Source of the DNA: a virus
DNA length: 64,000 bases
Strand: one strand, 5' to 3'
Virus record (IMG/VR): IMGVR_UViG_3300037504_000588
Location: 1-64,000 of that record
The position numbers and the translations under genes are program-made. The notes under the pieces were generated by a model. It made no database searches. It saw only the letters and a program-made list of their open reading frames with translations, and was not told where the DNA came from. Positions 39,122 to 47,808 of the stretch are shown in pieces (position 1 is the first letter of the stretch; each line of letters opens with the position of its first letter).

Positions 39122-40020
39122 AAACTTTAATCTTAGAGGGAAATTGCACGGCTTTAAGTTCAATTAGCCATAATGGAGGCGAAAAAAACGGAACAATAGT
39201 ACAATTACGCCGTGAGAAATTTGTACAACCCAAAGGCAAAGTAGTTGAAATTCCTGTTATATCAGGAAATAGTATTCGGGGGAAACTTCGAGACTTGGCT
39301 GCTATTGACATTTTAACAAAAAAAGACGGGGTAAAAGTTCAGGTTGATGCTGATAGTTTTAACTTGTTATTTTCCGGTGGTTCGCTTGAAAGTGTTGGCG
39401 AGAAAAATTTAAACATCGACAAGGTGCGTCAAATGCGAAAAGACATACCAATGATTTCGGTACTTGGATGTTCAGTCGGTAATATAATTGTGCCGGGTAA
39501 AGTTGACATAGGTAAAATGATCCCTATTTGTAAAGAAACCTTACACCTTATTCCCGAAAAATTCCATGGCACGGAAGAAATAAAAACAATTTGGGAGTAT
39601 TGTCAGGTCGAAATGAACACCCGAAAAGACGACACAAAAGATGAAAACAAGCGGGAATTTATCAAAGAAGAAGATAAGACCGAAGATTTGCGAGGTGGGC
39701 AGATGATGTACTACACCGAAACTTTAGTTACAGGCACTCGCTTTTACTGGAAAGTTTGTTTGCGAGATACTACCGACATTGAAACAGGTGCTTTTCTATC
39801 TATTCTGCAAAGTTGGGTAGCTCAAAGTTCACAGGTAGGCGGCAATGGGCGTGTAGGGCATGGTCGTTTAAAAGTTGATTTAACCGAAACTTCGGTTGTT
39901 GATTCTGACATGAAGTTTGAAAACTCCGACTTCGTAACCTATATTGACAAAGCTAACGAAGCTAAAAAAGATGTAACAGATTATTTTGAAAAAGGAGTTT
40001 CAAAAACACTATTTAAGTGA
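39118..40020 (+). CDS. csf2: Type IV Cas7-like RAMP backbone (Csf2)
   Basis: ALSSISH, IPVISGNSIRGKLRD, LFSGG, G-rich loop VGGNGRVGHG. Confidence 0.9.
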   Translation: MKTLILEGNCTALSSISHNGGEKNGTIVQLRREKFVQPKGKVVEIPVISGNSIRGKLRDLAAIDILTKKDGVKVQVDADSFNLLFSGGSLESVGEKNLNIDKVRQMRKDIPMISVLGCSVGNIIVPGKVDIGKMIPICKETLHLIPEKFHGTEEIKTIWEYCQVEMNTRKDDTKDENKREFIKEEDKTEDLRGGQMMYYTETLVTGTRFYWKVCLRDTTDIETGAFLSILQSWVAQSSQVGGNGRVGHGRLKVDLTETSVVDSDMKFENSDFVTYIDKANEAKKDVTDYFEKGVSKTLFK

Positions 40021-41288
40021 TGGGAAAGATATATTTAGATAAAAATGTATTTGAAGCTTTTTCAGAGAGAGTAAATTATATATTCGATGAATTTAAGTTA
40101 GTCTATATAAGTTTTTCTGGAGGTAAAGACAGTTCTGTTATGATTCAGCTGGTTAATGAGATAGCAAAAAAGAGAGGTAGAACTTTTTTTGTATATTACG
40201 TTGATTTGGAAGCTCAATATACTGCAACAATAAATCATGTTTACGAATTAAAACAATTATCTCAAATAGAAAAGTTTTATCATTTGTGCTTACCTATGTC
40301 ATTAACTAATGCATCATCAATACTTCAACCAAAATGGACATGTTGGGATAAAAATGTCAAAGAAAAATGGGTTAGAGATATGCCAGATGATTGCATTAAT
40401 ATTGATAACCATGATTTTGGAGATTATTATTTTGAAGGTATCGAGTTTGAGCAGTTTATGAAAAAATTCCCTGCATACTTAATGAAAAAACATAATGAAA
40501 ATAAAATTGCAGGGTTGGTTGGAATAAGAAGTGATGAATCTTTAAATCGGTTCAGGGCGATAGCGTTTGGTAAAAATATTTATAAAGATAAAAAATGGAC
40601 TACTGATAATGGGAACGGTTATTATTCGATATATCCCATTTATGATTGGAAGACACAAGATATATGGGGAGCTACATTTAAGTTTTCTTTAAAGTACAAT
40701 AAGGTGTATGAAATGATGCTTAAAAATGGTGTAGGAATACATGAACAAAGGATTTGCCACCCTTACGGAGCAGACCAAAGAGTATCTTTAAACCAATGGG
40801 CAGCAATAGAACCGAAAACATGGGATAAAATAGTTAATAGGGTTTCAGGTACTAATTTTGGAAACATCTATTGTAAAACTTCTTTATTAGGACATAACGG
40901 GACAGAAAAACCAAAACATTTAACTTGGCAAGAATATTCAATATTTCTATTGGAATCTATTGGCATGTACTCACCGACATTAATGAATCATTATGTCAGA
41001 AAATTGAAAATATACTTTAAATACTATAAAGACAATTATAATCTTAAAATAAAAGATATACCTGATTATAGAACACCAAAAGAAGCTAAAGAGCATGGTA
41101 AAGGTATTCATTGGAAAAAAATTGCTAAATGTTTAGAAAAAAACGATTTTGCTTGTACTTCATTAAGTTACGGATTAACAAATGATGATATTGAGGATGC
41201 AAAAAAATTAAAAAAAGAATGGAAAGATAGTTTAGGTATTCAAGAAACAACGAAAGTAATGAAAACATTAAAAGAAAAAATATCATGA
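40017..41288 (+). CDS. PAPS-reductase-family protein with DUF3440-like C-terminus (IbrA/YbdN-like)
   Basis: SFSGGKDS PP-loop, DLEAQY, GIRSDESLNR, YPIYDW, QRICHPYG, RVSGTNFG, KNDF. Confidence 0.88.
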   Translation: MMGKIYLDKNVFEAFSERVNYIFDEFKLVYISFSGGKDSSVMIQLVNEIAKKRGRTFFVYYVDLEAQYTATINHVYELKQLSQIEKFYHLCLPMSLTNASSILQPKWTCWDKNVKEKWVRDMPDDCINIDNHDFGDYYFEGIEFEQFMKKFPAYLMKKHNENKIAGLVGIRSDESLNRFRAIAFGKNIYKDKKWTTDNGNGYYSIYPIYDWKTQDIWGATFKFSLKYNKVYEMMLKNGVGIHEQRICHPYGADQRVSLNQWAAIEPKTWDKIVNRVSGTNFGNIYCKTSLLGHNGTEKPKHLTWQEYSIFLLESIGMYSPTLMNHYVRKLKIYFKYYKDNYNLKIKDIPDYRTPKEAKEHGKGIHWKKIAKCLEKNDFACTSLSYGLTNDDIEDAKKLKKEWKDSLGIQETTKVMKTLKEKIS

Positions 41289-41797
41289 TAAAATTTCCAG
41301 TATTAGATGTAAAAATGGTTGATATAGATTTGGTTTATAGTAATGATTACAATCCCAATGCAGTTGCTCCACCTGAAATGCAGTTGTTGAAGAAATCAAT
41401 AGAAGAAGATGGATATACGCAACCTATTGTAACATTTTACGATAAATTAGAAGATAAATATATAATAGTAGATGGTTTTCATAGATATCGGTGCGCTAAA
41501 GAGTTTTTTAATTTAGATAAAATACCTATAGTTGTAATCAATAAACCTATTCAAAATAGAATGGCATCTACTATAAGGCATAACAGAGCGAGAGGTACAC
41601 ATTCTATTAAAGGAATGAGCAGTATAGTTATGGAATTAACAAAAAAGGGTTGGGAAAACACTCAAATTTGTGAACATTTAGGAATGGAATTGGAAGAAGT
41701 TATTAGGTTAAAACAAATAACTGGACTAAAGGAAGCATTTGCAAATCATAAATTTTCAAAAAGTTGGGAAGAATTTGAAATTAATAATAATGGATAA
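41285..41797 (+). CDS. ParB/Srx-like protein (IbrB/YbdM-like)
   Basis: NDYNPNAVAPPEM, DGYTQPIV, VDGFHR, STIRHNRARGTH, RLKQITG. Confidence 0.9.
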   Translation: MIKFPVLDVKMVDIDLVYSNDYNPNAVAPPEMQLLKKSIEEDGYTQPIVTFYDKLEDKYIIVDGFHRYRCAKEFFNLDKIPIVVINKPIQNRMASTIRHNRARGTHSIKGMSSIVMELTKKGWENTQICEHLGMELEEVIRLKQITGLKEAFANHKFSKSWEEFEINNNG

Positions 41798-42470
41798 AAA
41801 AACAGCTTTATTATACGCTCAATTAAAGCCTTATAAAGCCCTGGTGAATAAAACATCAGGCTTTATAAGATGGGCTTTGGAGCGTGTTGGAAATCCTTAC
41901 GTTGCTTGTTCTTTCGGTAAGGATAGCACCGTAATGCTTCATTTAATTTTACAACATGATCCTGATATTCCTGTTCGCTTCGCTTCACATCCTGAAACAA
42001 GGATTTTAGATAATTATGATGAAGTTATAAATGAATGGATAAATAGAGGAATCAATTATCATGAAATTTATTGCAAGGGAGGGTTAGTAAAGGTGAGATA
42101 TGCACAAAGAAAAGCATTAGATGCTTTACATGAAGATTGGGATTCTTTTTTTGTTGGTATAAGAAAACAAGAATCATTCGGAAGGCGTGTATCTTTAAAA
42201 AAACATGGAATGTTTCATCAATTAAAATCTACTGGAAGGGTAAAAATAAGTCCATTGTCTGATTGGACAGAAAAAGAAATAGCGGTTTACATTTTAGTAA
42301 ATGATTTACCTGTTTTAAATAAATATAATATAGAGGGTTTTTCCGCAAGAACAACAAGCGGAATACCAAGGACTAATATTGAAGAGTGTTTAATATCGTT
42401 AAAACAACGAGATATTGAAAGCTACAATAAATTATGTCAATTATTTCCTGACACTAAATATTTTGGATAA
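41790..42470 (+). CDS. CysH-like PAPS-reductase-family protein of type IV-B loci
   Basis: SFGKDS, GIRKQES..R, PLSDW; ATG at 41790. Confidence 0.85.
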   Translation: MDKKTALLYAQLKPYKALVNKTSGFIRWALERVGNPYVACSFGKDSTVMLHLILQHDPDIPVRFASHPETRILDNYDEVINEWINRGINYHEIYCKGGLVKVRYAQRKALDALHEDWDSFFVGIRKQESFGRRVSLKKHGMFHQLKSTGRVKISPLSDWTEKEIAVYILVNDLPVLNKYNIEGFSARTTSGIPRTNIEECLISLKQRDIESYNKLCQLFPDTKYFG

Positions 42471-43126
42471 TGAACGAATTTAAACAGCTAAGAATAAGAG
42501 CCTATTTAAAAACAGGTGTAATAAGCGACCAATATCTACCTTTAGATGGTGTTTTATATTACCACCTTGTGCGCCGTGAAATGGGCGAAGAAATAATAAC
42601 AAAAAGCCGTGAGAGTAATGTAAGGCAGGGAGCCAATATTACTTTACCGATAAAAAAATCGGGACTAAAGAATAACCTTTGGTTTTACGCTTGCTCTTTT
42701 GCTCAATTTCCAGAATATGTTGTCGAAGATTCAAGTTTTAAAGTAAAGTCGGGCGATTGGCTAAAACATAGTCAACATTTTAACGCAAAAAAGAAAATAG
42801 ACATACAGCGTGGCAAATATAAAAACGCTCATATTAAGCTGTATTACAGGCATTGTGAGTACATAGACTGGTATTGTGTCGGCGTTCCTGAAAAACTTGC
42901 TGAATTACTTAAATTCTGTACCAATTTAGGCAAAAACACAGGAGATGGATGGGGAGAGGTTTTGAAATGGGAAATAAAAGAGTGGCCAGAAGATTGGAGT
43001 GTAAGAGGTGCTGGCAATAAGTTAATGCGGAATGTACCACTAAAACAAAACGGCAGAGGGATTATGTACGGAATGCGTCCAAGCTACTGGAACCCACGAC
43101 ACATTGCTGTATGTAAGATGCCGTGA
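42470..43126 (+). CDS. csf3: Type IV Cas5-like RAMP (Csf3)
   Basis: LPLDGVLYY, WFYACS, RGKYK, G-loop LGKNTGDGWGEV, MRPSYW. Confidence 0.85.
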   Translation: MNEFKQLRIRAYLKTGVISDQYLPLDGVLYYHLVRREMGEEIITKSRESNVRQGANITLPIKKSGLKNNLWFYACSFAQFPEYVVEDSSFKVKSGDWLKHSQHFNAKKKIDIQRGKYKNAHIKLYYRHCEYIDWYCVGVPEKLAELLKFCTNLGKNTGDGWGEVLKWEIKEWPEDWSVRGAGNKLMRNVPLKQNGRGIMYGMRPSYWNPRHIAVCKMP

Positions 43127-43345
43127 TTGTTGACGTCAGTTCTTTAATTTAAAAAGTTGATGTTGAAACAAGGAAAACAGAAGAAAATTAATCAGCAATT
43201 ATTTAGATCACCAAATCAAAAATTAAATCCACAATAAAAAAATAATGATAAAAAATTAATGTAATTCTTTTTAAAATATGTAATTATTTATTAATTTTAT
43301 ACTTTATTGAATTAAATATTTTAATTTTATATATATAATTTATAT

Positions 43346-44461
43346 ATGGCACAAAAAAATAAAAAAACATCAAATAAGAATCAAAAAGAACAGAAGAAAG
43401 TATTGTCTGTGCCAGATTATGTTATAGAAAAGGGTGAAAATGCCAAAAAGGCTTATATTGAGTGGGTTAAGTTAGATGAAAAGATACACGAACACCCAAA
43501 AAGATTTATACAAGTTCCACATCCAGATGATCCTTCCGATATGGTAGAGATAGATTGTATACAAGCATTATCTGCTATTCGTAAGAAAATCAAACATTTA
43601 CCTAAAAAAGAAAGAGATAAAATAGAGGCAATATGGAAAGAGTTGCAGTCTTTAAAAGCCAAGAAGGGAGGACTAAAGAAACAATGGGATAATGTTATGT
43701 ATAAAGGTAAGATGACCACCCTTTTTGACTACAAGAAGTCTGAATTATTGCAGTTGTTTGGTTCATATAAGACTAATAGTGAGGTATATGAGATTATAAA
43801 GAAAGATTGGGGCTATCATACAACAATGAACAAACTCAATGAGTTCAAAATGGCTAATAAAGAGCGCATTGCAGAACTTAGAAGAGAATGGACGGAGAAT
43901 TGCGGCGATTTTGATCTTGCACACAAGAGAGGAAGGTTAGAAAGGTTAGCATATATTGCTAATACTCAGATAGATAAATATAAAGAAAGTGGACATAAAC
44001 CAATTTATGCTAAACAGGCTCAATCTGCTATTGAGCAGATTAAAAAAGAAGTGGATGGAGAAGAGATAACTCTTAACGTTAAAGGGCATATAGATGTACG
44101 TAAAACATTGATAGTTAATCAATCTATAGATGAAATAACAAAAAAGGTTAACCTTAATAGTTTTATAGTTGCCCTTGTTAGCGCACAAAGAGGACTTGAT
44201 TCTATAAAATTTATGAATAGACTGTCAAACAGCTATTACAGTTCATACACAGGTTTTAATAAGAAGGATAGCAATGAGAAAGAAATACAATACCCTTCTA
44301 AATTTATCTATAATTGGAATGAGATAGAATTAAAACATAAACAAGGAGAAGTAAATCAAGATATACAAGATGTTGAATATGAAGAGATTAATGAAGATGA
44401 CGAGTTAAGACAGAAATTGAAATCAAGAATCAAAAAAAGAAGGCAAGAATTGGGTGATTAA
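43346..44461 (+). CDS. Putative terminase small subunit (DUF2280-like region)
   Basis: LAHKRGRLERL...IEQIKKEVDG pattern; lies upstream of the head genes. Confidence 0.45.
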   Translation: MAQKNKKTSNKNQKEQKKVLSVPDYVIEKGENAKKAYIEWVKLDEKIHEHPKRFIQVPHPDDPSDMVEIDCIQALSAIRKKIKHLPKKERDKIEAIWKELQSLKAKKGGLKKQWDNVMYKGKMTTLFDYKKSELLQLFGSYKTNSEVYEIIKKDWGYHTTMNKLNEFKMANKERIAELRREWTENCGDFDLAHKRGRLERLAYIANTQIDKYKESGHKPIYAKQAQSAIEQIKKEVDGEEITLNVKGHIDVRKTLIVNQSIDEITKKVNLNSFIVALVSAQRGLDSIKFMNRLSNSYYSSYTGFNKKDSNEKEIQYPSKFIYNWNEIELKHKQGEVNQDIQDVEYEEINEDDELRQKLKSRIKKRRQELGD

Positions 44462-44484
44462 TATAATTTTAATTTTTAATTATT

Positions 44485-44772
44485 ATGACATTAGAAGAAT
44501 CAAAACAATTACTTAAAGATTATCCTCCTATTGTAGAGGTAGAGTTAATAGAAGATAAAGGTTTAGATGCAAATGAGTTAAGGGCATTGTCTCAAGAATT
44601 GAAAAAAAGGATAAATAAACCAGGAACTTTCTGGGAAAAGTCTTTGGTTTTTGCAAAGATAGGCCGGCAACTTGAAATAAAGATTCATTCTGTTTTAGAG
44701 AAAGGAATAGACGAATTTGAAGAAGTAAGAAAAGAGATTTATGAATTTTTAAAAGTCAAAGATAATGGGTAG
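44485..44772 (+). CDS. Hypothetical protein
   Basis: 95-aa ORF. Confidence 0.55.
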   Translation: MTLEESKQLLKDYPPIVEVELIEDKGLDANELRALSQELKKRINKPGTFWEKSLVFAKIGRQLEIKIHSVLEKGIDEFEEVRKEIYEFLKVKDNG

Positions 44773-44947
44773 CGGAGATCATCTAAATAATGTGATTCAA
44801 GAAGAGTGTAATACAGAAAAGCAAAGAAAAAAAGCTTTAAAGGTATTAAACAAATTAAAAGAGAAAAGAAAAGGGAAAAAGTTTGTGTTGATACCTGTAA
44901 AGCACGCTTATAATGTTCCAACTTGGATAGAGAAGGAAGTTAAATAA
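44765..44947 (+). CDS. Small basic hypothetical protein
   Basis: 60-aa ORF overlapping the previous gene. Confidence 0.5.
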   Translation: MGSGDHLNNVIQEECNTEKQRKKALKVLNKLKEKRKGKKFVLIPVKHAYNVPTWIEKEVK

Positions 44948-45000
44948 TTGTAAAAATATTTTGTTTTTATATAAAAAAGTATTATATTTGTATTGTATTT
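44942..45000 (+). promoter_or_regulatory. Repeated promoter element
   Basis: TTTG at 44960-63; TATATTTG at 44983-90. Confidence 0.8.
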
Positions 45001-45026
45001 AATTATTAACCTAAAAATTTAGCGAT

Positions 45027-46259
45027 ATGAAAACAAAAAAAGAACAATTAGCCGGAACATATCTTAAATATAATAATAGAATTACTAAAAATGTTTTTGA
45101 TAAAGTGATAGAAAAGTTAGAACAGATAGGGTTTAGTTATTCTCTAAAAAGAGAAAAAAGTATGAATAATTCTGGTTTTAATGGAAGCTATGAGCAGTTT
45201 AGTGACTCTAATGGGTGTTTTTTTGGGGGATATTTGGTTATAAGTCCAGATAGGTATCCTGATGAATACTATGTAGATAATCATAGTAGCTCTGTAACTA
45301 AAGAGGTTACAGTAGAAGACATACTGGGGATACAGTTAATACCAGGAGAGGTGTATTATACAAGTGGGAAATATGGAGCAGCTCCAATTATATTTAGGTA
45401 TGATGAAATAAATGGTTACCTTGCAGTGTATGGTAACCATATAATAAAAACATACTATTACTCAAATGATTTGTTCCATAAAGATCACATAAATCTCTTT
45501 TCTTACTTCTTCAAAATAGACAAATCATTGGAAGTAAGACTTGCTACCCAAGAAGAAAAAAGATGGTTAGAAACCTGTGAGAAAGCAGGGAAGTTTGTAC
45601 CTAAAGAAACAATAAGCGAATTGAAAGGTTTTGAGATTGGCAAGTGGTATACACATAAAAATAAATCTATGTTAGTCTGTTATAAAGGAGAAGGTGAAGG
45701 ATATGGCTTTTTGAATAATATGTGGGGTTCTTATTGGTGTATTACAAAAAGAGAAGATTGGAAGTTAGCTACAGAAGAAGAAGTAAGGGATGCACTTCTG
45801 GAATTTGCAAAGAAGAACTACCCTAAAGGAACGGAGTATGTTTCTATAAGTACCTCGCTAACTTATACAAGTCAAGGTGGTTTTAAATATGATGATGGGC
45901 AGATAATGGAAGGTAGACCAGATAATCCACGTGTATGCTCTATTTATAAATATGGAAAATGGGCTAAAATAATATCTAAACCAAAAGAGAAAGCAATAGA
46001 TTTATCATGTAGATGCGTAACAGGAACATACAAGGTAGAGGAACCATCTTTAGGTGAATTTAAGAGGCTGTGGAAGGAAGATATGGAAGCAAGAAGTTAT
46101 CGTCCTTTTATATTACCAAAAAAAGCTACCACGATTTCATTAGGAACAGCTCAATTGAGCAAAAAGGAACCATTAAAACCTTCTGATTTTATAAAGTTAC
46201 CAGAGAAGAAGGAAGAAAAGAAAAAAGCAAGAATAAAAATAACAATAAACAAGTATTAA
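45027..46259 (+). CDS. Mosaic hypothetical protein with repeated small domains
   Basis: RLATQEE / KLATEEE repeats. Confidence 0.7.
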   Translation: MKTKKEQLAGTYLKYNNRITKNVFDKVIEKLEQIGFSYSLKREKSMNNSGFNGSYEQFSDSNGCFFGGYLVISPDRYPDEYYVDNHSSSVTKEVTVEDILGIQLIPGEVYYTSGKYGAAPIIFRYDEINGYLAVYGNHIIKTYYYSNDLFHKDHINLFSYFFKIDKSLEVRLATQEEKRWLETCEKAGKFVPKETISELKGFEIGKWYTHKNKSMLVCYKGEGEGYGFLNNMWGSYWCITKREDWKLATEEEVRDALLEFAKKNYPKGTEYVSISTSLTYTSQGGFKYDDGQIMEGRPDNPRVCSIYKYGKWAKIISKPKEKAIDLSCRCVTGTYKVEEPSLGEFKRLWKEDMEARSYRPFILPKKATTISLGTAQLSKKEPLKPSDFIKLPEKKEEKKKARIKITINKY

Positions 46260-46288
46260 TTTTTTTTAACAATCAAAACAATAGTAAA

Positions 46289-46765
46289 ATGAAAAACAAA
46301 TTCGTACAGAATGTATTATCATTCAAAAAAGCAGGAAGTAAGTCACAATTAATTAAATTTCACAAGGCACTTGAAGATAAAGTCTTGAAAGAAAATAAGA
46401 GAGACCTTGAAGACAAAAAAGCAGCTATTCAACACGAGGTATTAAGAATGGAAGAAGAGCTTGCAGAGTATAAAGAAGATCGTGAAAAAGAGATTGACGA
46501 ACTTATTCTAAATGTAGATGAAAAGAGAATAGGAACGAACAAAGACATTAAGGATTATGCTTATGAATACTTCTCTATGATCACAGAAAAAATTGAATTT
46601 GATGCACACGGTGACAACCTTAGCTCTATTATAAACATCAAGAAAGAAACAATAAAGGCTATTGATTATAAAATCAAAAGACTTGATGAGATAATGCATC
46701 GTATCAACAACACCTCCCACCATATCGAATTTACCCCTGTTGTAAATGATGAGGATGTTGAATAG
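46289..46765 (+). CDS. Coiled-coil hypothetical protein
   Basis: 158-aa ORF followed by the hairpin ggggaagta/tacttcccc (46781-46818). Confidence 0.6.
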   Translation: MKNKFVQNVLSFKKAGSKSQLIKFHKALEDKVLKENKRDLEDKKAAIQHEVLRMEEELAEYKEDREKEIDELILNVDEKRIGTNKDIKDYAYEYFSMITEKIEFDAHGDNLSSIINIKKETIKAIDYKIKRLDEIMHRINNTSHHIEFTPVVNDEDVE

Positions 46766-46898
46766 CTGTTAGCTGAATAAGGGGAAGTATAATTTCACAA
46801 GTAGGAAGTTACTTCCCCAAAAAAATTTAAATATTTTTTTATTTAATATTTTTTTATTATATTTATAAAAATTTGTATTAAAAAAATAGAATAGCGTA

Positions 46899-47315
46899 AT
46901 GTTAGAAACAAAAGAAATAGCAAGAGAAGATTTTGACAAATATGTTGAGGTTAATAATCTTGAGGTTATACCCCATGATAGTTATGTCAAATATATAAAC
47001 CAGATTAATGAGATTATAAACAAATCTGACACATACGAAGAGATGGAAGATGAGGATAGGGATAAATTCGATATTGCAATTGAAGAAGTTAATGACTTGA
47101 AGAAACATATTGTGTTGGATTATAACAAAGAAAATAATCGAATTACAAAATCAACTGTGTTTACCAGGGAAGAGCAAGTAGAATGGGATAAGGATGAAGA
47201 AACAGGAGAGATTTTAAAGGCACGTTCAGGCAAGTACAAAGATACACCTCTAAATAGAAAACTTGAAAGAGTTGGTGCAGAGTATATTGGCAATAAAGAT
47301 GAAGATAAAGAATAA
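46899..47315 (+). CDS. Putative internal head protein
   Basis: ILKA followed by YKDTPLNRKLERVG, a motif shared with the 1887-aa protein. Confidence 0.55.
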   Translation: MLETKEIAREDFDKYVEVNNLEVIPHDSYVKYINQINEIINKSDTYEEMEDEDRDKFDIAIEEVNDLKKHIVLDYNKENNRITKSTVFTREEQVEWDKDEETGEILKARSGKYKDTPLNRKLERVGAEYIGNKDEDKE

Positions 47316-47347
47316 CATTTGATAGATATTAATAATAAGTTAAAATA

Positions 47348-47659
47348 ATGAAAACTTTAGTATTTAGTAATAGTGACGATAGTAAGATAATTGAATTCAA
47401 CACAGACTTAATTGGTAACGGTGAAGCATTAACTGTATATCAAGTTAAACAAATAATTGACGGGACAGAGTCAATTATCAAAGGGACAGGCGGAAGTGCT
47501 GATATGGACAGTACATTAATATCAAAAGGATTTCTTCCTTATGCAGAGGTTGATGAGTTTGATTTAGGAGATTTTAAAACACTTGCTTCATCAGCTAATT
47601 ATAAGTTGACCGTTAAGGAAGATGGGCAAGATGATGTTGTATTAAATACAATAACATAA
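47348..47659 (+). CDS. Hypothetical (probably virion) protein
   Basis: ORF just upstream of the portal gene. Confidence 0.55.
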   Translation: MKTLVFSNSDDSKIIEFNTDLIGNGEALTVYQVKQIIDGTESIIKGTGGSADMDSTLISKGFLPYAEVDEFDLGDFKTLASSANYKLTVKEDGQDDVVLNTIT

Positions 47660-47673
47660 AAGTATTAAAAATT

Positions 47674-47772
47674 AAAAAAGGGGGTTGTTTAGTGTTTGGT
47701 TAGGATTTCTGTTTTTTCAATAGTGTTTTAGTTTTTAGGTTAATGTTAGATTTATAACAACCCTCTTTTTTT
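47674..47772 (+). terminator. Long-loop hairpin with T tract (terminator or small RNA)
   Basis: aaaaaagggggttgtt / aacaaccctctttttt stem around a ~66-nt GU-rich loop. Confidence 0.5.
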
Positions 47773-47808
47773 AAAAATTCGCACCCTCATATATAGGCAT
47801 ACATACAC

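Noticed and set aside
40017-42470. Complete Dnd/Ssp phosphorothioation system or a sulfate-assimilation cysH
   Set aside because: No DndA/D/E, Ssp or other cys genes were recognised; the proteins fit IbrA/IbrB and type IV-B CysH-like patterns better.
37940-43345. CRISPR array flanking the csf operon
   Set aside because: No regularly spaced direct repeats were seen on either side or elsewhere in the window. The cassette boundaries are inverted, unit-specific and enclose whole genes.
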